A stretch of DNA of 63,536 bases, filler included, from Pelomyxa schiedti (Eukaryota; Protista; Evosea): the NCBI GenBank assembly GCA_020536535.1. It is 6 parts of 6 records of this genome, joined end to end, with 100 filler letters (N's around TTAATTAATTAA, not from the genome) between each part and the next. Parts side by side here need not be neighbours in the genome. Positions count along the whole stretch, not along the records: positions 15,731 to 44,398 come from JAHLWZ010001018.1; positions 44,499 to 48,738 come from JAHLWZ010001615.1; positions 48,839 to 55,363 come from JAHLWZ010001414.1; 3 more parts are not named here. The stretch is one strand, 5' to 3'. This document shows, piece after piece, positions 36,336 through 49,545 of the stretch. The translations under genes were made by a program, and so were the position numbers. The notes under the pieces are model-generated. The model was given only the letters and a program-made list of their open reading frames with translations, did not search any database and was not told the origin of the DNA. Numbering within the stretch: position 1 is the stretch's first letter; each line of letters starts with the position of its first letter.

Positions 36336-39300
36336 ATGTGCGAGTGTTCAGGGACGATCAGGGCATTGGAGCAGAGAGTGGCACGACTGGAATCTGTTCT
36401 CTCGGGAACGATTCTGGACCTGTTGGGGAACAGCCAGCCGGATCTGAGTGCTTTTGGGGAGTACCGAAGAAACAAACATTCCGAAACCGAAGCGGCGTGC
36501 GGGTGTGTGGGCGTTGATGCCGGGGCGGTGGTAAGTGGTGGCGGCGGGCCAGGCCGGCCGGACGGCGATTATGGGTCGTCGGTGTGCTTGGCAAAGCTAC
36601 AGCACTTCTCGCCCTCGAGCGAGTTGATAGCTGGTGGGAAGGTGCTCCAGAACATTGTACTTGTGGGACGCCAATTTCAAAAGGCCAATTTCCGTGGATG
36701 CGACGTCTCAGGAATTTGCATGTGCGCTTGCACCCTGAGAAATTCTGTGTTCTCACAGATCGTAGCTCGATCTGCCTTACTTTGCGGTACAGATTTTTCA
36801 TCTAGTAACTTTTCACGCTCTGTCTTGAGAGACTGTGACCTTCGAGGTATTTTTTGTTCCTTCCAACCACCTATTTAGTTTGAATTTTTATGCTTATTCT
36901 GAATCAAAAGGCTGTTCTTTGGTTGGTTGTGATTTGTCCAATGCTGAGCTCACTAATGTTGATTTGACTGGGGCTGATCTCTCAGGTGCGAATATGACTG
37001 GGGCCACACTGGTGCACACTAAGTTGGGGGAGTGCAAGTTGATTGACGTCAATTTATCTGGAGCTTCAATTTCAGATATTGACCTTTCAAAGACGATTGT
37101 GAACGGATTGAAGCTAGCAAATGCGGAACTCAACAACGTTACCTGGAAATCCAGTGGTGAAAGCTGCCCCATTTCTAGGGTAAATGCTGATGGGGCAAAG
37201 ATTATGGGACTGGAGTTCTCTCGCATTCAGCTCGACCAGACTTGTTCCTTTGTTGGAAGTCACTTCAGCTCAGTAAATTTTATCTCCTGTTCATGCGGTG
37301 GCTGTAGGTTTGACCAAAGCAAATTCTTGGAGGACTGTTACATTACTGAATCGTCATTTCAGGGAGCGAATTTCTCAGGCTGCGATATTACCTCCCTGTG
37401 CGTAACAAAAAGCGATTTTTCTTGTTCCTTGTTTGTGGATTTGACTGCAAACCTGCTGTGTTTCACCTCTGCAGACCTCAAGAAAGCGGATTTCTCCCAC
37501 TCTGACGTAATACATTCAAGGTTTCTTAACTGCGAGGCAGATGAAATAGACCTCTCAGAGTCAGTGGTTGCTAACACTGATTTTTCTGGCAGTATTCTAA
37601 CTAATGGTGCATTTACTGGTACCGAAATGACTTCTTGTACACTTAATGGATGCACACTGAATGAATCGATATACAAAATTGGAAGTATGCAGTCATGTTC
37701 GTCGAATGCTTTGTACACTGTCGTTCCAATCAAAGGAAATGAATACTTTGAAGTTCATTTCGAATCTGCAGTCCTAGTTACTGATGTGACTCTTACATTC
37801 GATTGTTTCCATTGTGAAGTCTTCTCTGAGGTTGCTACATCTTCAGTGCGGAAGAAGCTCATTTGGAAGAGAATCCTCGAGGAGTATTCTCATTGCTTTA
37901 GTCCTGGGGCGCCTTGTTCTACTGAAAGTAAAATCAACCACATCAAAGTTTCATGTTTGGCACTTACATCCAAGCTAAAAGTCCGTTTCAGCGGAGAAAG
38001 TTCCTCTTCCCCACAATTCAGCTGTTCCGCAATTCCCATTTCTTACTCCACAAATAACGACTCCTCTTCCCAATCTGAGTGCGAATGTACAACAACAACA
38101 AGCTCAGCACCAACCACCAGAACTCAGAACTTGCTCAAACTAGTTTGCTGGCTAAGAGCACTGCACGTCATAGTTCTCCCTCGACTTGAAGGCTTTTCAG
38201 GTCACTTGGACTTGCTTTTCGATTTATTTTGGGGTTTACCACTATCTCAGCAGTTTACTGGAAGGAGGCTTCTCTCAAATTTTGGTTTCGAAGGGATGCT
38301 AGAAAAGATGACAACTTCACCCTACAGTAGTCAGTATGGCTTCACCTGGTACTTCAAGAAATTTGCAAAAGAATTTCAAGATCCTATGTTTAATCATGAG
38401 AAGAACACGTTTCTTCAATATCTCTCGTGCTGTCCAATGAGTAATGAACTGATCCCCCTTGCATGGCCGCACATTATCCCAACTTCACCACTCCTCAACC
38501 TCAAAACTGTGAAACTAATGGCAAAGAATCTTCCAGCTCCAAAAATTATGGAGGAGGCAGTAAATCTATTGTCTGCCTCCATTTCTAAAAGTGAGTCTTC
38601 ACCATCGCCAAAAGAACTCTGGGAAATTTTGAATAGTATCTCCCATTGGGAAGATGCTTTGGAAACATTCAGTTGTCTTCAAGTTTTACTTGAAGCGTGC
38701 AATGAACTTATACCAGAGTTGATCTTCACCAGCATCCAAAAAGTCAATGAAACTCTTGCTGCCTATTTAGTCACGACATATGCAAGCAGACTGGAAGTTT
38801 TGCAAGCAATACAGGCAACTGCATTGGCTGGATGGAAAGGCCTCCCGTTTGTCGTAAAACTGTTGGTAAAGTGCAAATCCTTATCTACAAGAGATATTAC
38901 GGACACAAATTCCTGCAATCACAGAAATTTCAAGATTCATGGAGCAAGCAAGGAGAATCCCATGCTGTATTCTTGTGCACTTGGATACTGCTGTAAGAAT
39001 ACTCAAGCAATGAAATGGTTGTTCAAGCACATGAACTTTGAAAAATCCGCTGCCATTAATGCACTTGCTATGTGTTGCACGTACCATAAGAGGAAAAGCG
39101 CAATCTGGATTGTTGAGAAGTTCGAAGTCACCTCAAAGGAGCTCTACGAGTGGGGTTATTGCTCTCATTACTTCACGGCAAGCAATGTGTGGAGAGAGTG
39201 GTTAGGAGCACTCTGTCCTTCCACACTTCCAGATTTCCCAGGTTATCGATTTTTCTTCCTGTCTCAGTATCTGACTTCGATTTAGCAACTCTCATCATTA

Positions 39301-39983
39301 CCTTACGCGGGGCTTCCGGGGAGCAAGGAAGCTGCCAAATGCAAGACGACTCCGCCAACTCGGTACTGACCGTCAAAGAGCCTCTTCTTCCCGAAGAAGG
39401 TGATACTGTCACCGGCGTGATAAGAGCCACTCACCCCATCATCATAGTTGTAGGGGGTGCAGGAGGCCACCAACAGAGCTTCAATTCCAGGGAAGGGGAC
39501 TGCTTCCTCTCCCGCGCCGTAGCTCCGGATGCACCAAAGCTACCAATGTGCTGCGGAGGTAAAAAAGACACACCGGCATGCTTTGGAGGAGGCGGCCCTG
39601 GATACTTCCGCACAGAGTGCATCAAAGAAGGAACCGGCGGCCGGTCGCTGTACAAGAAATTCCACATTGGATCAGGAGGAGGTGCCACAATATTCATGGA
39701 CGGGCATAAAATTCTGGCATGTGCTGCAGGAGGCCGAGGAGGAGGGACTAGCCAATTGAGGGGTGCTGGTGGAGGTACTGCACATCCCTCTATTGAGCAA
39801 TCCAGCTTCATTGAGGAGTCCGGATTCATTCCCGGGACTTGTGAGATAGTCTCTGAAAGAAAGAAAGTCACTGTGCCCGCGGGTAGATGTGGATATGCTG
39901 CCATAACGTGCCCCACAACAGGCAGGACCCTGTTGGAATTCACGTCTCATGGCTCCTATGCCGTGTTTTTTAAAAGGATGTAA
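36336..39983 (+). CDS. Pentapeptide-repeat multidomain protein with ankyrin-like and probable C-terminal glycine-rich domain
   Basis: Long A(D/N)LxG-type pentapeptide array, a beta-sandwich-like segment, helical repeats, then LRGASG...GGGAT...AAGGRGGG joined through a putative 26-nt intron (39242-39267). Confidence 0.7.
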
Positions 39984-40072
39984 ATGAAATTTTTGTGTAA
40001 AAAATGAGCATTGTTGGCTCTAGAATCCCGAAGGCAATTAAAGACACAACAGGATTTTAATATATTTACATC

Positions 40073-40350
40073 TCACAGTCCAAACTCCTCATCCATGAAG
40101 TCATCCCGTTCATAGCCAGCTTGCCTCTGATATATTTGGTACAGTACATAACCCTGCCAAGCTGTGGTGCTTGTTGGTGAATTTCAAAGTAATTGAAGTA
40201 AATACCTCCAGGAAGAAACAACAGTGCCCCAATTACAATGAATGCAATGCCGTTCAACTTGTCAGTGAGCAACAGGCTAATCACGCCAGCAGTGATAAGA
40301 GCCACACCAACAACAACCAATGAAACGATGAGCGCTGGAAACAGGTCAAA
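40073..40350 (-). CDS. TMEM230/TMEM134 (DUF872)-like small membrane protein, 5' end not resolved
   Basis: Two TM helices, AFIVIGALLFLPG motif, acidic tail GYERDDFMDEEFGL*. Confidence 0.55.
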
Positions 40351-42482
40351 AATTCAAAACAAAAAAACCAAAAACACAAGCAATGTTGTTGGCGTTGACC
40401 AATGTAGCAGCCTCAGTTTAATATCAAGTTCAAATAGTGTAGTACACACAAATGGTTCTGCATCGTTTCGAGCAGAACGCACGATAGAGCTCCTCAGGCT
40501 TTCTTACTCTGAACACATAGGAACGCTTCTTCTTGGTCTCAGTTACTGCTTCGTTTATGTGTGAGGGTAATTCTCCCGAACTCCCAACGTCCGCCCTTGT
40601 TTCCCCTCCAAGCATCCAATCACAGTGACCGTTTTTCTTATCGGAATTTGTGGCTGCTAACGGTGGAAGAAATTTTAAATTAGAATTAATGTTCATCTTC
40701 ACTGGTGTTGGGGTATTGGTGTTTGTTGTTCCTTGAAGCTTCAAGTCAGTCATTATGGATAAATCCCTTAATCTACAAATTTTGATTTGATAACCATATG
40801 TGCACCCTTTGACTTAGAACCGAGGGTAGGAGGTTTTTGGTGGGACCAACTGGTGCAACCAATCTGGGTGCCCCTTGGCCAGTTCTTTGAGATTGTTGAG
40901 CTCTTTTAGTCTCACCTTCGTATGCGGACTGATCCAGGTGGAAGCAGCAGTCTGATACTCTTTTTTGCATGAAGTAACACAGTATCCGCCGCCGGAGACG
41001 TCAAAACAGCTTGGAGTTGTTGCATGGTGAACCAGGAACAGAACCAGTCACCCTGTATGGCTCTGGTTCGCCTTTGCCTGCAGTGCTAATCGTGGGCTCT
41101 GCTTTTATTTTCACATGACATTGGTGATGATGAGTTGTAGTTGTTGCAGTCGTCTCGACCGTATGCGTGGGGAGGGGACTGGGAATAATGGATGACGAAG
41201 GAAACAATCGCCAATGTCACCGAGTCTGTTTTTGGACCTTCGTTGAATGGCGTGTGCTACACACAACCGCACAAGGGGAAAAAAAATGGAAATTCAGAGC
41301 CCAAAGGAATCGAAGGAACACAAGCGGGAAGACCGACTTTTCGCTTTCCAAGAGGGGCACCAGGCCCCTTAATGGCGGATCTGTCCGCATCAACCCCCGT
41401 GAAGGCACCACTCCAGAAGTTTGTGTGAAATACAGCATCACAGTTTGTGTTCTTCCTCCTCCTTTCCTCGAATTTCTTGTTTATTTTTTTTTTCATCAGT
41501 GCTTTGCTCGGGTTTTTTTGTTATTTTTGTTTGCAAGCACATCATAACTCGTGGAATTGCAGCTTTTCGGTGTCTAAAGCAATCACCGTCGGCCCGGTGG
41601 ACCGGATAATGGGAAAAACTAAAAATAGAACGAGCTAAAATTTCTGGTATGTATCTTGCACTCTATCCTGTAGGAGTTTTTTTCGGGAAAGGCTATCCTG
41701 CCTTGGCGTGGATGTTTGGTTCAAAGCTGAGAAACAAATTCCCCCTGGACCGGTCCTATGACGTGACATTGATATTCTTTACAAAAAAAAAAAAAGAAGG
41801 CAAACCACGGTCAAGGCCTCTGTTGTGATGGCTGCTTGATGGGATCAACTTCCTCTAGTCACACTCTCCAATGAATCTCTTCGAAATCGTTGCAACTGGT
41901 TGATTGTCTTAAAAAAAACCAAGGGAAGGGGGTTACTGGCAGCCCGTCCAACGATTACCAGACCTCAAAACTGTTACCTGAGAGACCCATTTTCCCATCA
42001 TCTGGTTCTTTTTTTTTTTTTTTTACCGTGCTACAGACCCTGTGTCTGTTGGCCCGCCCCCGTCGCGTCGCGTTTTGTTGGTTGTCTTACTGAAACAATC
42101 AATGTGATGCGTGGAATAGGTAAGACAGGGATTAGGGGTCATTCATCAAGATCAGCACAGTTCAACTGGAAGCGCACACTCCATCGCTGATCATGGTACA
42201 TTGGCTCAGAAGGTTCTCTGATTACATGTTGTGTTCGACTTGCAAGATTGACATCACATGCCGGCAAATCCTGCAAAGTTGTGCCAAAACTACATTAGCT
42301 TGACCTAACATTCCTCACCAGGTGTATCCCAGGTTGCGACCGATTATATTTCGCTGTCTCCTTCGCTGAACTACTCTCGAAAATGCAGCAGCAACTGAGC
42401 CCTGTTGACAACCAAAAAAAAAATAAAACAATAAAAGAGTCGCTCACTCAAGCCACCGGAAAATATCGCCGCTCCAGCGCAA

Positions 42483-43840
42483 ATGGCGAAGTGTTATTCA
42501 GATGATCTTGTTGACTATATCTACGTTAACGGCTCAGCGCGATCCACCTCCGCATCAGGAGCTCCCAGGCGTTTGTGCGCTCCCGCGAAGCCCGAAAACG
42601 CACCGGTCACGAAAACGCCGATACGACGATCCCAGCACGCTCCTACGCTTTCCTGCAAAATAATCGCAAAGCAGCTGCCAGAGCAGTTTTCTCAGCTTAG
42701 TCTATCGCCCGTTCTCCATGATGTCCAGCTCTCGGAATCAGAACAAGTCCCCTCCTCGACATCCGAAAATGCCTTCGCGAGCGCGCTATGCACAAGTTCA
42801 GGAGATGTTCAGATGATCACTGAAACGGAATCCGTGGCGGAGAGAGCCAAAATAAAGTCAAATTACAACCAGACCGAAATTGTGTGATTCTTGGGTTTTA
42901 CAGTTTGACCCCCAAACTTTCTTCCCCCTTAAAAAGGTTGACGAGGAGAGAGACCATACAGAGCACTACCCATTCTTCCTTGAAGGGGATCCTATATGGG
43001 CAGAACCTATCCAGTGGCCACTCCTCCCAAAGGTTTTTCCTTTTTTGGTTTGCCGTTCTAATTGTCGCACAGCCGGATACTTATGGCCACAATGGCATCC
43101 CTGTTTGTGTACTGGATTTCCTAGAGGAAGAGGAGAAGAACACACCTAAGAAGACACCACCTGAGCTCCCATTGGACATCTGGGGCAAGGTATCAAGCGT
43201 TCTTTCACTTCCTCCTATTCACTCACAGCAAAACCACCAGATCTTACTGGCGCTTTCCAGGCAAGACTTTTACATGGCCAGACAAACCAATCGTAGAGTA
43301 TACAGAGCTTCTGAAATAGTTGTGAGGTCTCTATGGGAGGAAGTCACTTTTTCTTTGAATGAGAAAGCCACACGCGATTTCATTTTACTTCACAAATGGG
43401 ACTTGAACCACATCATGCCTGTGATCAAGGCCAATCACTTGGAGGTCTCTCTGGCCAACAATTGCCTGGTTCTGTTGAAAGAGCTCTCATTGATGAACGG
43501 CGTCCACGCCAAGAATTTTACCGTTCACTGCTACAAGGTACAAAACAAGGCAATTGTTGACGACCCGACTTCTGTTGAGACAAGGGCGGCCCTGGACCAG
43601 ACGCTAAGACAAGGAATACCATCTGCCAACAGGCGGCACTCAATCGCAACACTGAACTTCCGCAGTGTCACCCGTAGTGTCTTTGCCCTCATCTACCCCT
43701 ACATTGTGAGCCCAGCTTTCACTGTCGACTACCCAAGGGTCAACTGTGTCAATGTTTTCTGGACAAGGGATACTGTGGATCCTGAGAGCGTTGAGGAGTT
43801 TGGAGGAGTTCTCCCCTTCGCCTTGGTTCACCATCATTGA
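42483..43840 (+). CDS. F-box-like hypothetical protein, multi-exon
   Basis: PELPLDIWGK|ILLALSRQDFYMARQTNRRVY across an intron; long open C-terminal exon. Confidence 0.6.
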
Positions 43841-44398
43841 TTTGCTCCTTCTTCGTCCCTCCAAATTTCTTTCTTCTCTGGTTTTTTGCTTCTTTGATTT
43901 TATGCACATCATGGTACGTACTCCAGGGTTTCAGGGTTCCTAAAAAACCTCCCGCCGGCCGGGTGGTCCGAATAATGGGACAATTCCAAAAATAGACCAA
44001 GTCGGGCCTTTTTTAAGTTGGTGTTTGGTGTTGTGTGGCTCGTTTGCCCATTTTCGACTTCTCCTTGCAATTTTGGCACATAATACGCACAGATACGGAA
44101 GTACCTGCAACTGGCATGTTGTGAGAAGCAGAAAAGAAAGAAGGGCTCACTTACACTTACAGCTTTTATGGCACGGCCAGTGTGGTGGTCTTCACACAAC
44201 AGCCAACTTCGAGGCAGTTTCAGTGAGTTGCTTTGAGAGACTATCAGCTTGCCAGTGGGACTCGCAATATTTTCTTCTCCGCAGTACATTTTACAACACT
44301 TTGTTGCCGCGCATATTTCTCTCTAAGTTCGGCAACGCGTCGGTTCAGCTCTGCTGGTTCCTCCTTTGCTGCTGCAATTCTTACTTCAAGCCACACTT

Positions 44399-44498
44399 NN
44401 NNNNNNNNNNNNNNNNNNNNNNNNNNNNNNNNNNNNNNNNNNTTAATTAATTAANNNNNNNNNNNNNNNNNNNNNNNNNNNNNNNNNNNNNNNNNNNN
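44399..44498. other. Artificial contig linker
   Basis: N44-TTAATTAATTAA-N44. Confidence 0.97.
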
Positions 44499-46569
44499 CA
44501 GGATGGTTTGAGGGCAGAGTACCTACGACCAGTATGTGGAACTCTGCCATAACAGTGCGGTATTTTTTGGAGGTACCTGCCTGCTTTGTGTGCGTGATTC
44601 AACCTTGCCTAGAGATTCTATCAGTTTATAACTGTTGACGAAGATAGGCAGGCCGAGCACAGACGTGATATCACAAATGGTTTGAGTCTTCCATGTTTCT
44701 TTAGTGATTAAACCCTGCAGATGACCGCATGAGAGCAATGGACCTAGCCAAAAGCTTTCACTGCCGGAAATGTGGACACAATTTCCAAATTCCAAATCCG
44801 CCGTGTCCAGAAACAACAAAGGAAGAAGCTTTCAGTTTCTATGAGGTATCAAAGCTTTGAAGAAATTGTACCCACATTACACCAGGTTAAAGGAAGATCC
44901 ACACATCATTTATCGGGAAATGGTTCGGAATTAGAACAGGCACTGGAGGATTTTGTGTGCCCAATAACCGGGGTGGGTGTGACCGAGTCTATAATTGGAT
45001 TTGGGCTAACTATGCAAGGAGAATCATTGCTCACTGGTATGTGCACCCTTCTGGTACCTTCTAAGTTAAGGGCAGATTTAAGTCCTCTTAGCTACGAAGC
45101 CTTTACGTTTGATAAAGTGAGTATCAACCTTTTTACTCTATCTCAAGTACCTTAGGTACGAAAAACAAGTCGCGGCAAGAAGATTGTTTATTGGCTCCCC
45201 TTTGCTGTTAATGCAGATCATTGGGAAAAAGCGCGGCCTCTTGCTGAAGACATACTTTCCTTAATCTGTTCAAGCAACACTTCTTCTTTTCGCCCAGATA
45301 TGATATACCCTGTAATATCAAGGTAGCCATGACATTGAAAAGTTGCCACGTTAAGTGTTCTTAGTCTATGGAAGGAGTGGTCGGACAAACTTGTGAAGAG
45401 AGACACCTGTAGCGAGCGAGTACTAAATGGGCTTTGTTCTCTTCATCATGTATTAGTTTCATTTGCCAATCATTACCCTGGAATGGTTAGTGCTGCCGAT
45501 GAACACATTCAAGGACTGGTTAATAATTCTCAATCTTGGGGATTCCCGCCACAAATTAGTATCATGCAGGTATTACTTCCTCCCGGCTTCTCAACTCTCA
45601 CTGAGTTCACCTAGTTTCTTTTGCTGACGAGCGTGCCACTTGAAACTGTGATCCCGGCCCTTTCAGACACATTGATGATGTGGAATTCCTTCCACATTGC
45701 CAGAAAGTATCCCTATCTAGCGGATTTGTGTGCACTTGTTCCTTCTTCTGAGCGAATTTCTAGAAGCTGGGATGCTTGTTCGATCTTAAGTAAGAACAGC
45801 CTCTATGAGCCCTATGTAACGTGGAACAGTGAAGATAACATGCTTGAAAGTCCGCTTTGTGATGGAAGTTGCCAGGCCTTCATCAGAAGGTATAGAGGCC
45901 ATGCTGGAACGTTATAATGCCAGTGGGGGGCACGCACCAGTAAAAACAATCCAGGTTAACCTTCCCGTGTGTTAAACGAAAATAACGTACCAAAGAAATT
46001 TCAAGATAACTATAAGAAGATAATGCAGTGTTCGAGCTTCTTTGACTGGTTCAGGTATACCATAACTTTTATATTAAAGTCTCATAAACTCTAGCGCAAT
46101 GGGTCTTGGAAACCCAACGGAGCAGGAACTCTGTGCCGCTTTGGAAAAGGTTTGTCCTCTACCAATCTAGGTTTAGTTTACACAATACCAGGCAATGAAG
46201 GTGTCTGAGATAATGGGGTTCCACAAGCGGCCACCCAGGATTACGTTCCGCACCCATTATCTCTTTGCGAATCCAAATCACGGCCTTGCGGTAGTTGGAA
46301 ATTTGCCGGAGTTAGGCAACTGGAGGATAAGTAACCGCGGGCGTATGCACAGCGTTAACGAGCGAGGATGGTGGGAAACAACAGTAGCGGTTCCCGCAGA
46401 AACTTGGTTCACATGGAAAATGGCAAGTCAAAAATCTCCCTCCCTTCTCCTCACTGTGCCCTAGGTTGTTTGTGATGGTGAGCAAATAGTGCGGTGGGAA
46501 GAGCGCCTCAACCGTGTAAGTGATACTGGCAGAGAGGACACCATTTTCACTCGAATGTGGAATTGCTAA
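44499..46569 (+). CDS. Uncharacterised helical domain (usually downstream of a UBC/E2 domain) fused to a C-terminal CBM20, 5'-partial
   Basis: LSYEAF, YWLPFAVNADHW, SERVLNGLCSLHH, FSAMGL...AMKVSEIMGFH, then ITFRTH...LAVVGNLPELGNW...WETTV...RWEERLNR. Introns 46055-46094 and 46150-46191 splice in frame. Confidence 0.75.
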
Positions 46570-46619
46570 TACCAAGAATCAATTCCCTCAAAACCATTGT
46601 ATGCTACAGAATCAACCAA

Positions 46620-48681
46620 AAAAAAAAATAAAAAAAACAAGTTTGGTGTTGGCAAAGGGTTTTAAATTGTCTTTTGCAGGTGGAAGTGGCATAAGGTTAC
46701 AGTAAAACACAACAACATTTCTGTGTATGTAGTTTTGTGAGGTGTTACATTTTTATGTAATAAAAAAAGAAAAGAAGAGACACACGCTCTCAAATTCTTT
46801 TGGAATGTGACCCAGTTCAGTGACATCAACAGCACTTTGTGAAATGTGTGCAGACCTTTTGGGGCCAAGTGCGTTGGCTGCTGTGCCTTGTGCAGCCTTG
46901 AATTTATGTTAGTAAATATATTGCGGAATATGCTAAATACCATATGCGGGTCGATTAAGGGGAGCCCAAAGTATGCACAAATGGGGTTGCATTTGTGTGA
47001 CCTCAGGAATTGCATAATTCCGTCCCTTCCCATGTTCCCGCTGAATAGGTCGGCTCCTTCTTCGGCCATGGTGTGAATTGCTGGGTCCGTATACAAGTCA
47101 TTAACTCCTGTGAGTTTGTGTTACTAACTTTTAGGGATGTTGAAGACTTTACCTTGGATATCCACAATGACTATTGTGTGCAGAGAGCGTTCCCACGTGA
47201 AATGGCTGAAAGCTTGCGGAGTATTGCGGGAATTTTCTACTACGAAACCGTAGTTGTTGTTCCACTATTGAGAACATCAATGGAACATAATATGGAAGGA
47301 GCATACCTTGCAGTAATTTCCGGCAATATACTGCTCAACCCCACACCTGTGTAGAGTTTCAATCAAAGGGAGATAGACTGTGAACCATACAGATTCATAG
47401 GATATGCCGGTCGGTCAACAAGTTCCACAATGAAAGCTTCAAGAAAATCAACGGTCTTAGGAGGCTTATATTTGTTGAAGAGCGTGGCATAGTGTTTGGC
47501 GATCATCTGTTGCTCTACATCCTAGGAGTGGAGTGAGAACAAGACACGCAAGCCAAAAGCAAAACCTGGAAATAAAGTTTCTTCATTTCATAGTCAGAAT
47601 CTCCCATTTGACTCAAAAAGAATTTGGCTACAAAGACTGTGTTGATAGCAGTTTTGTCACTAGCTGAAATCACTTGCATGAAATGTGCTCTCCGCATTCC
47701 ACCTAATATTAGATTAGTATAACAATAGTGCATTGACGAGGAAACCTGTAGCAAATGGTTTTACAACAACTTTGACAATCAGTTGAGATTTCGACCAGGT
47801 CTTTGATGCTTTTTAAAATAGTAAGAAGAACAGCGATACATCACGGGAGTGCATTGTGTATGAGATTTCCTGACAAACCTGCATCATAGCTATGCTTAAC
47901 AGCCTTCTCAGATTCTACACCGTCGAAGGTTGGTTGGAAGTCTGCAGTTTTTACAAAGTCGGCTTCGGAGGCCATGATGGAAAACACCGATTTCGATCTA
48001 AAGTTGGGTTAGGGGACAAAAAAGAAATCAGGTAGAAACTTGGCACGGGTAGTAGGATCCGCCGCTGCAGTCTCTAGAGTCTCTGCAGGTGGTGCTGGAG
48101 CTGCCGCTGTGGGTGTTCCTGTTGGTGCTGGTGGTTTCGGAGCCTGCAGAAAGGAGTTAAGTACAGCAACCACACTATGGATAAAATCCACATACTCTCT
48201 TTTCAGGTTTCCCTTTCTCTTTCCCTTTTGGGATTAGTGGAGTGGCTTCTGTTCCCTTTGCGTGGTATGGTGTAGGTGGGTGCTGTGGAGGTGGTAATAC
48301 AGATGGTGATGATGTCGTTGTTGTTGTGGTTGCTGTGGTGGTTGAAGGTGGTGCGGGTGGTGCAGGTTGGGGTTCTGGCTTGGGAGCAGGTTTTAAAATA
48401 GGTTGCAGAGCTGGAGCTGGAGCGGGAGCGGGAGCAGGGTGGGGTGGGGGAGCCAACACAGGAGCTGCTGCAGCAGTACTTGGTTTCCCATCACTTTCGG
48501 CAGCTGAGGAGCTGGTGGCAGTGGCGCTGCCGCTTTTCTTGCTGCCCTTTTTGGCCGCTTTTTTTGCTGCGGCCTCGTCCTTTTTCCTCTGTTTCTCCGC
48601 CTCTTCTCTTGCCCTCTTTTCTTCCTTTGCCCTCTTCTTCTCCTCTTTTAGTCTGTGCTTCTCCGCCGCCTTATCAGACAT
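46620..48681 (-). CDS. Alpha-kinase (eEF2K/MHCK family) with Lys/Glu- and Pro/Ala-rich N-terminus, 3' end approximate
   Basis: PFATG|GMRRAH, FVAKF, NNNYGFV, RNTPQAFSHFTWE, VDIQG, YTDPAIH, GNMG..G...FLRSHKCNPIC. Confidence 0.92.
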
Positions 48682-48738
48682 CTGCCTCGCTAAGAAGAAG
48701 AATAACCGATTTAATGTTAGGTCCACATTGTTACCCAC

Positions 48739-48838
48739 NNNNNNNNNNNNNNNNNNNNNNNNNNNNNNNNNNNNNNNNNNNNTTAATTAATTAANNNNNN
48801 NNNNNNNNNNNNNNNNNNNNNNNNNNNNNNNNNNNNNN
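48739..48838. other. Artificial contig linker
   Basis: N44-TTAATTAATTAA-N44. Confidence 0.97.
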
Positions 48839-49545
48839 GGGAAGCACATTGGTGTGTCTGTTGGCCGTTGGCGTGCTGCAAACTGTGTGCACACTGTTTT
48901 CCCAGAAAAACGCTCGTTTTTTGATCGTGTGCACACCGAAAAAGTTTGGGCAGTCCCAATCATAAGCCGATGCGAAACGAAATCGGTCTGTGGCAGCGGC
49001 ACCTAACTTGCACCATATGTGAGATATAATGCTACAAGTAAGGTTTCACAAACCTTGTGATTGACTTTTCGAGAGGAGCGTGCAAGCTTCGAGGAGTGGC
49101 CTTGGTGGGTTTTGGCTGGGTGCATAACAGCAGGTGTGGTCACACTCCCACTGGCATTAACAAGGTCCCCACCCTCAACCCTATGCTGTAGATCTGACTA
49201 CCGCGGTCGCGACATGATCTCGCCGTACGTGTTACTTCTTCCCCCTTTGGTGTTTATTATGTTTGCGGTTTTTCATTAATAATTATTTAATTATTAGATA
49301 TTCCTGATGGCATGTTTTGCCTGCCAAACTCCAGACACCAAAATTTCGTTTTGCCGTAAAATCGCGCCCATTGCGGAAATTTGCGTATCGGAGTGCACGG
49401 AGCGCCAGCAACAGCAGCCAGTAGGGACAAAAAACTACAGTGGTTTGTCGGCGGATGCTACCAATGAGGGGATAGAAGAAAGTCGTGTTATGGTGATAAT
49501 GAACGCGGAAAGGGTTCCAGCACACGTAGTACGGAAAGCATGTAA

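Noticed and set aside
42100-42400. Possible small minus-strand gene with a CRH (SWIM-like) motif
   Set aside because: No consistent reading frame or full motif could be assembled.
44200-44398. Short coiled-coil-like minus-strand frame at the contig end
   Set aside because: Too short and truncated to support a call.
46099-46569. Stand-alone, N-myristoylated CBM20 protein starting MGLG
   Set aside because: An upstream intron joins it in frame to the preceding domain; the Met is internal.
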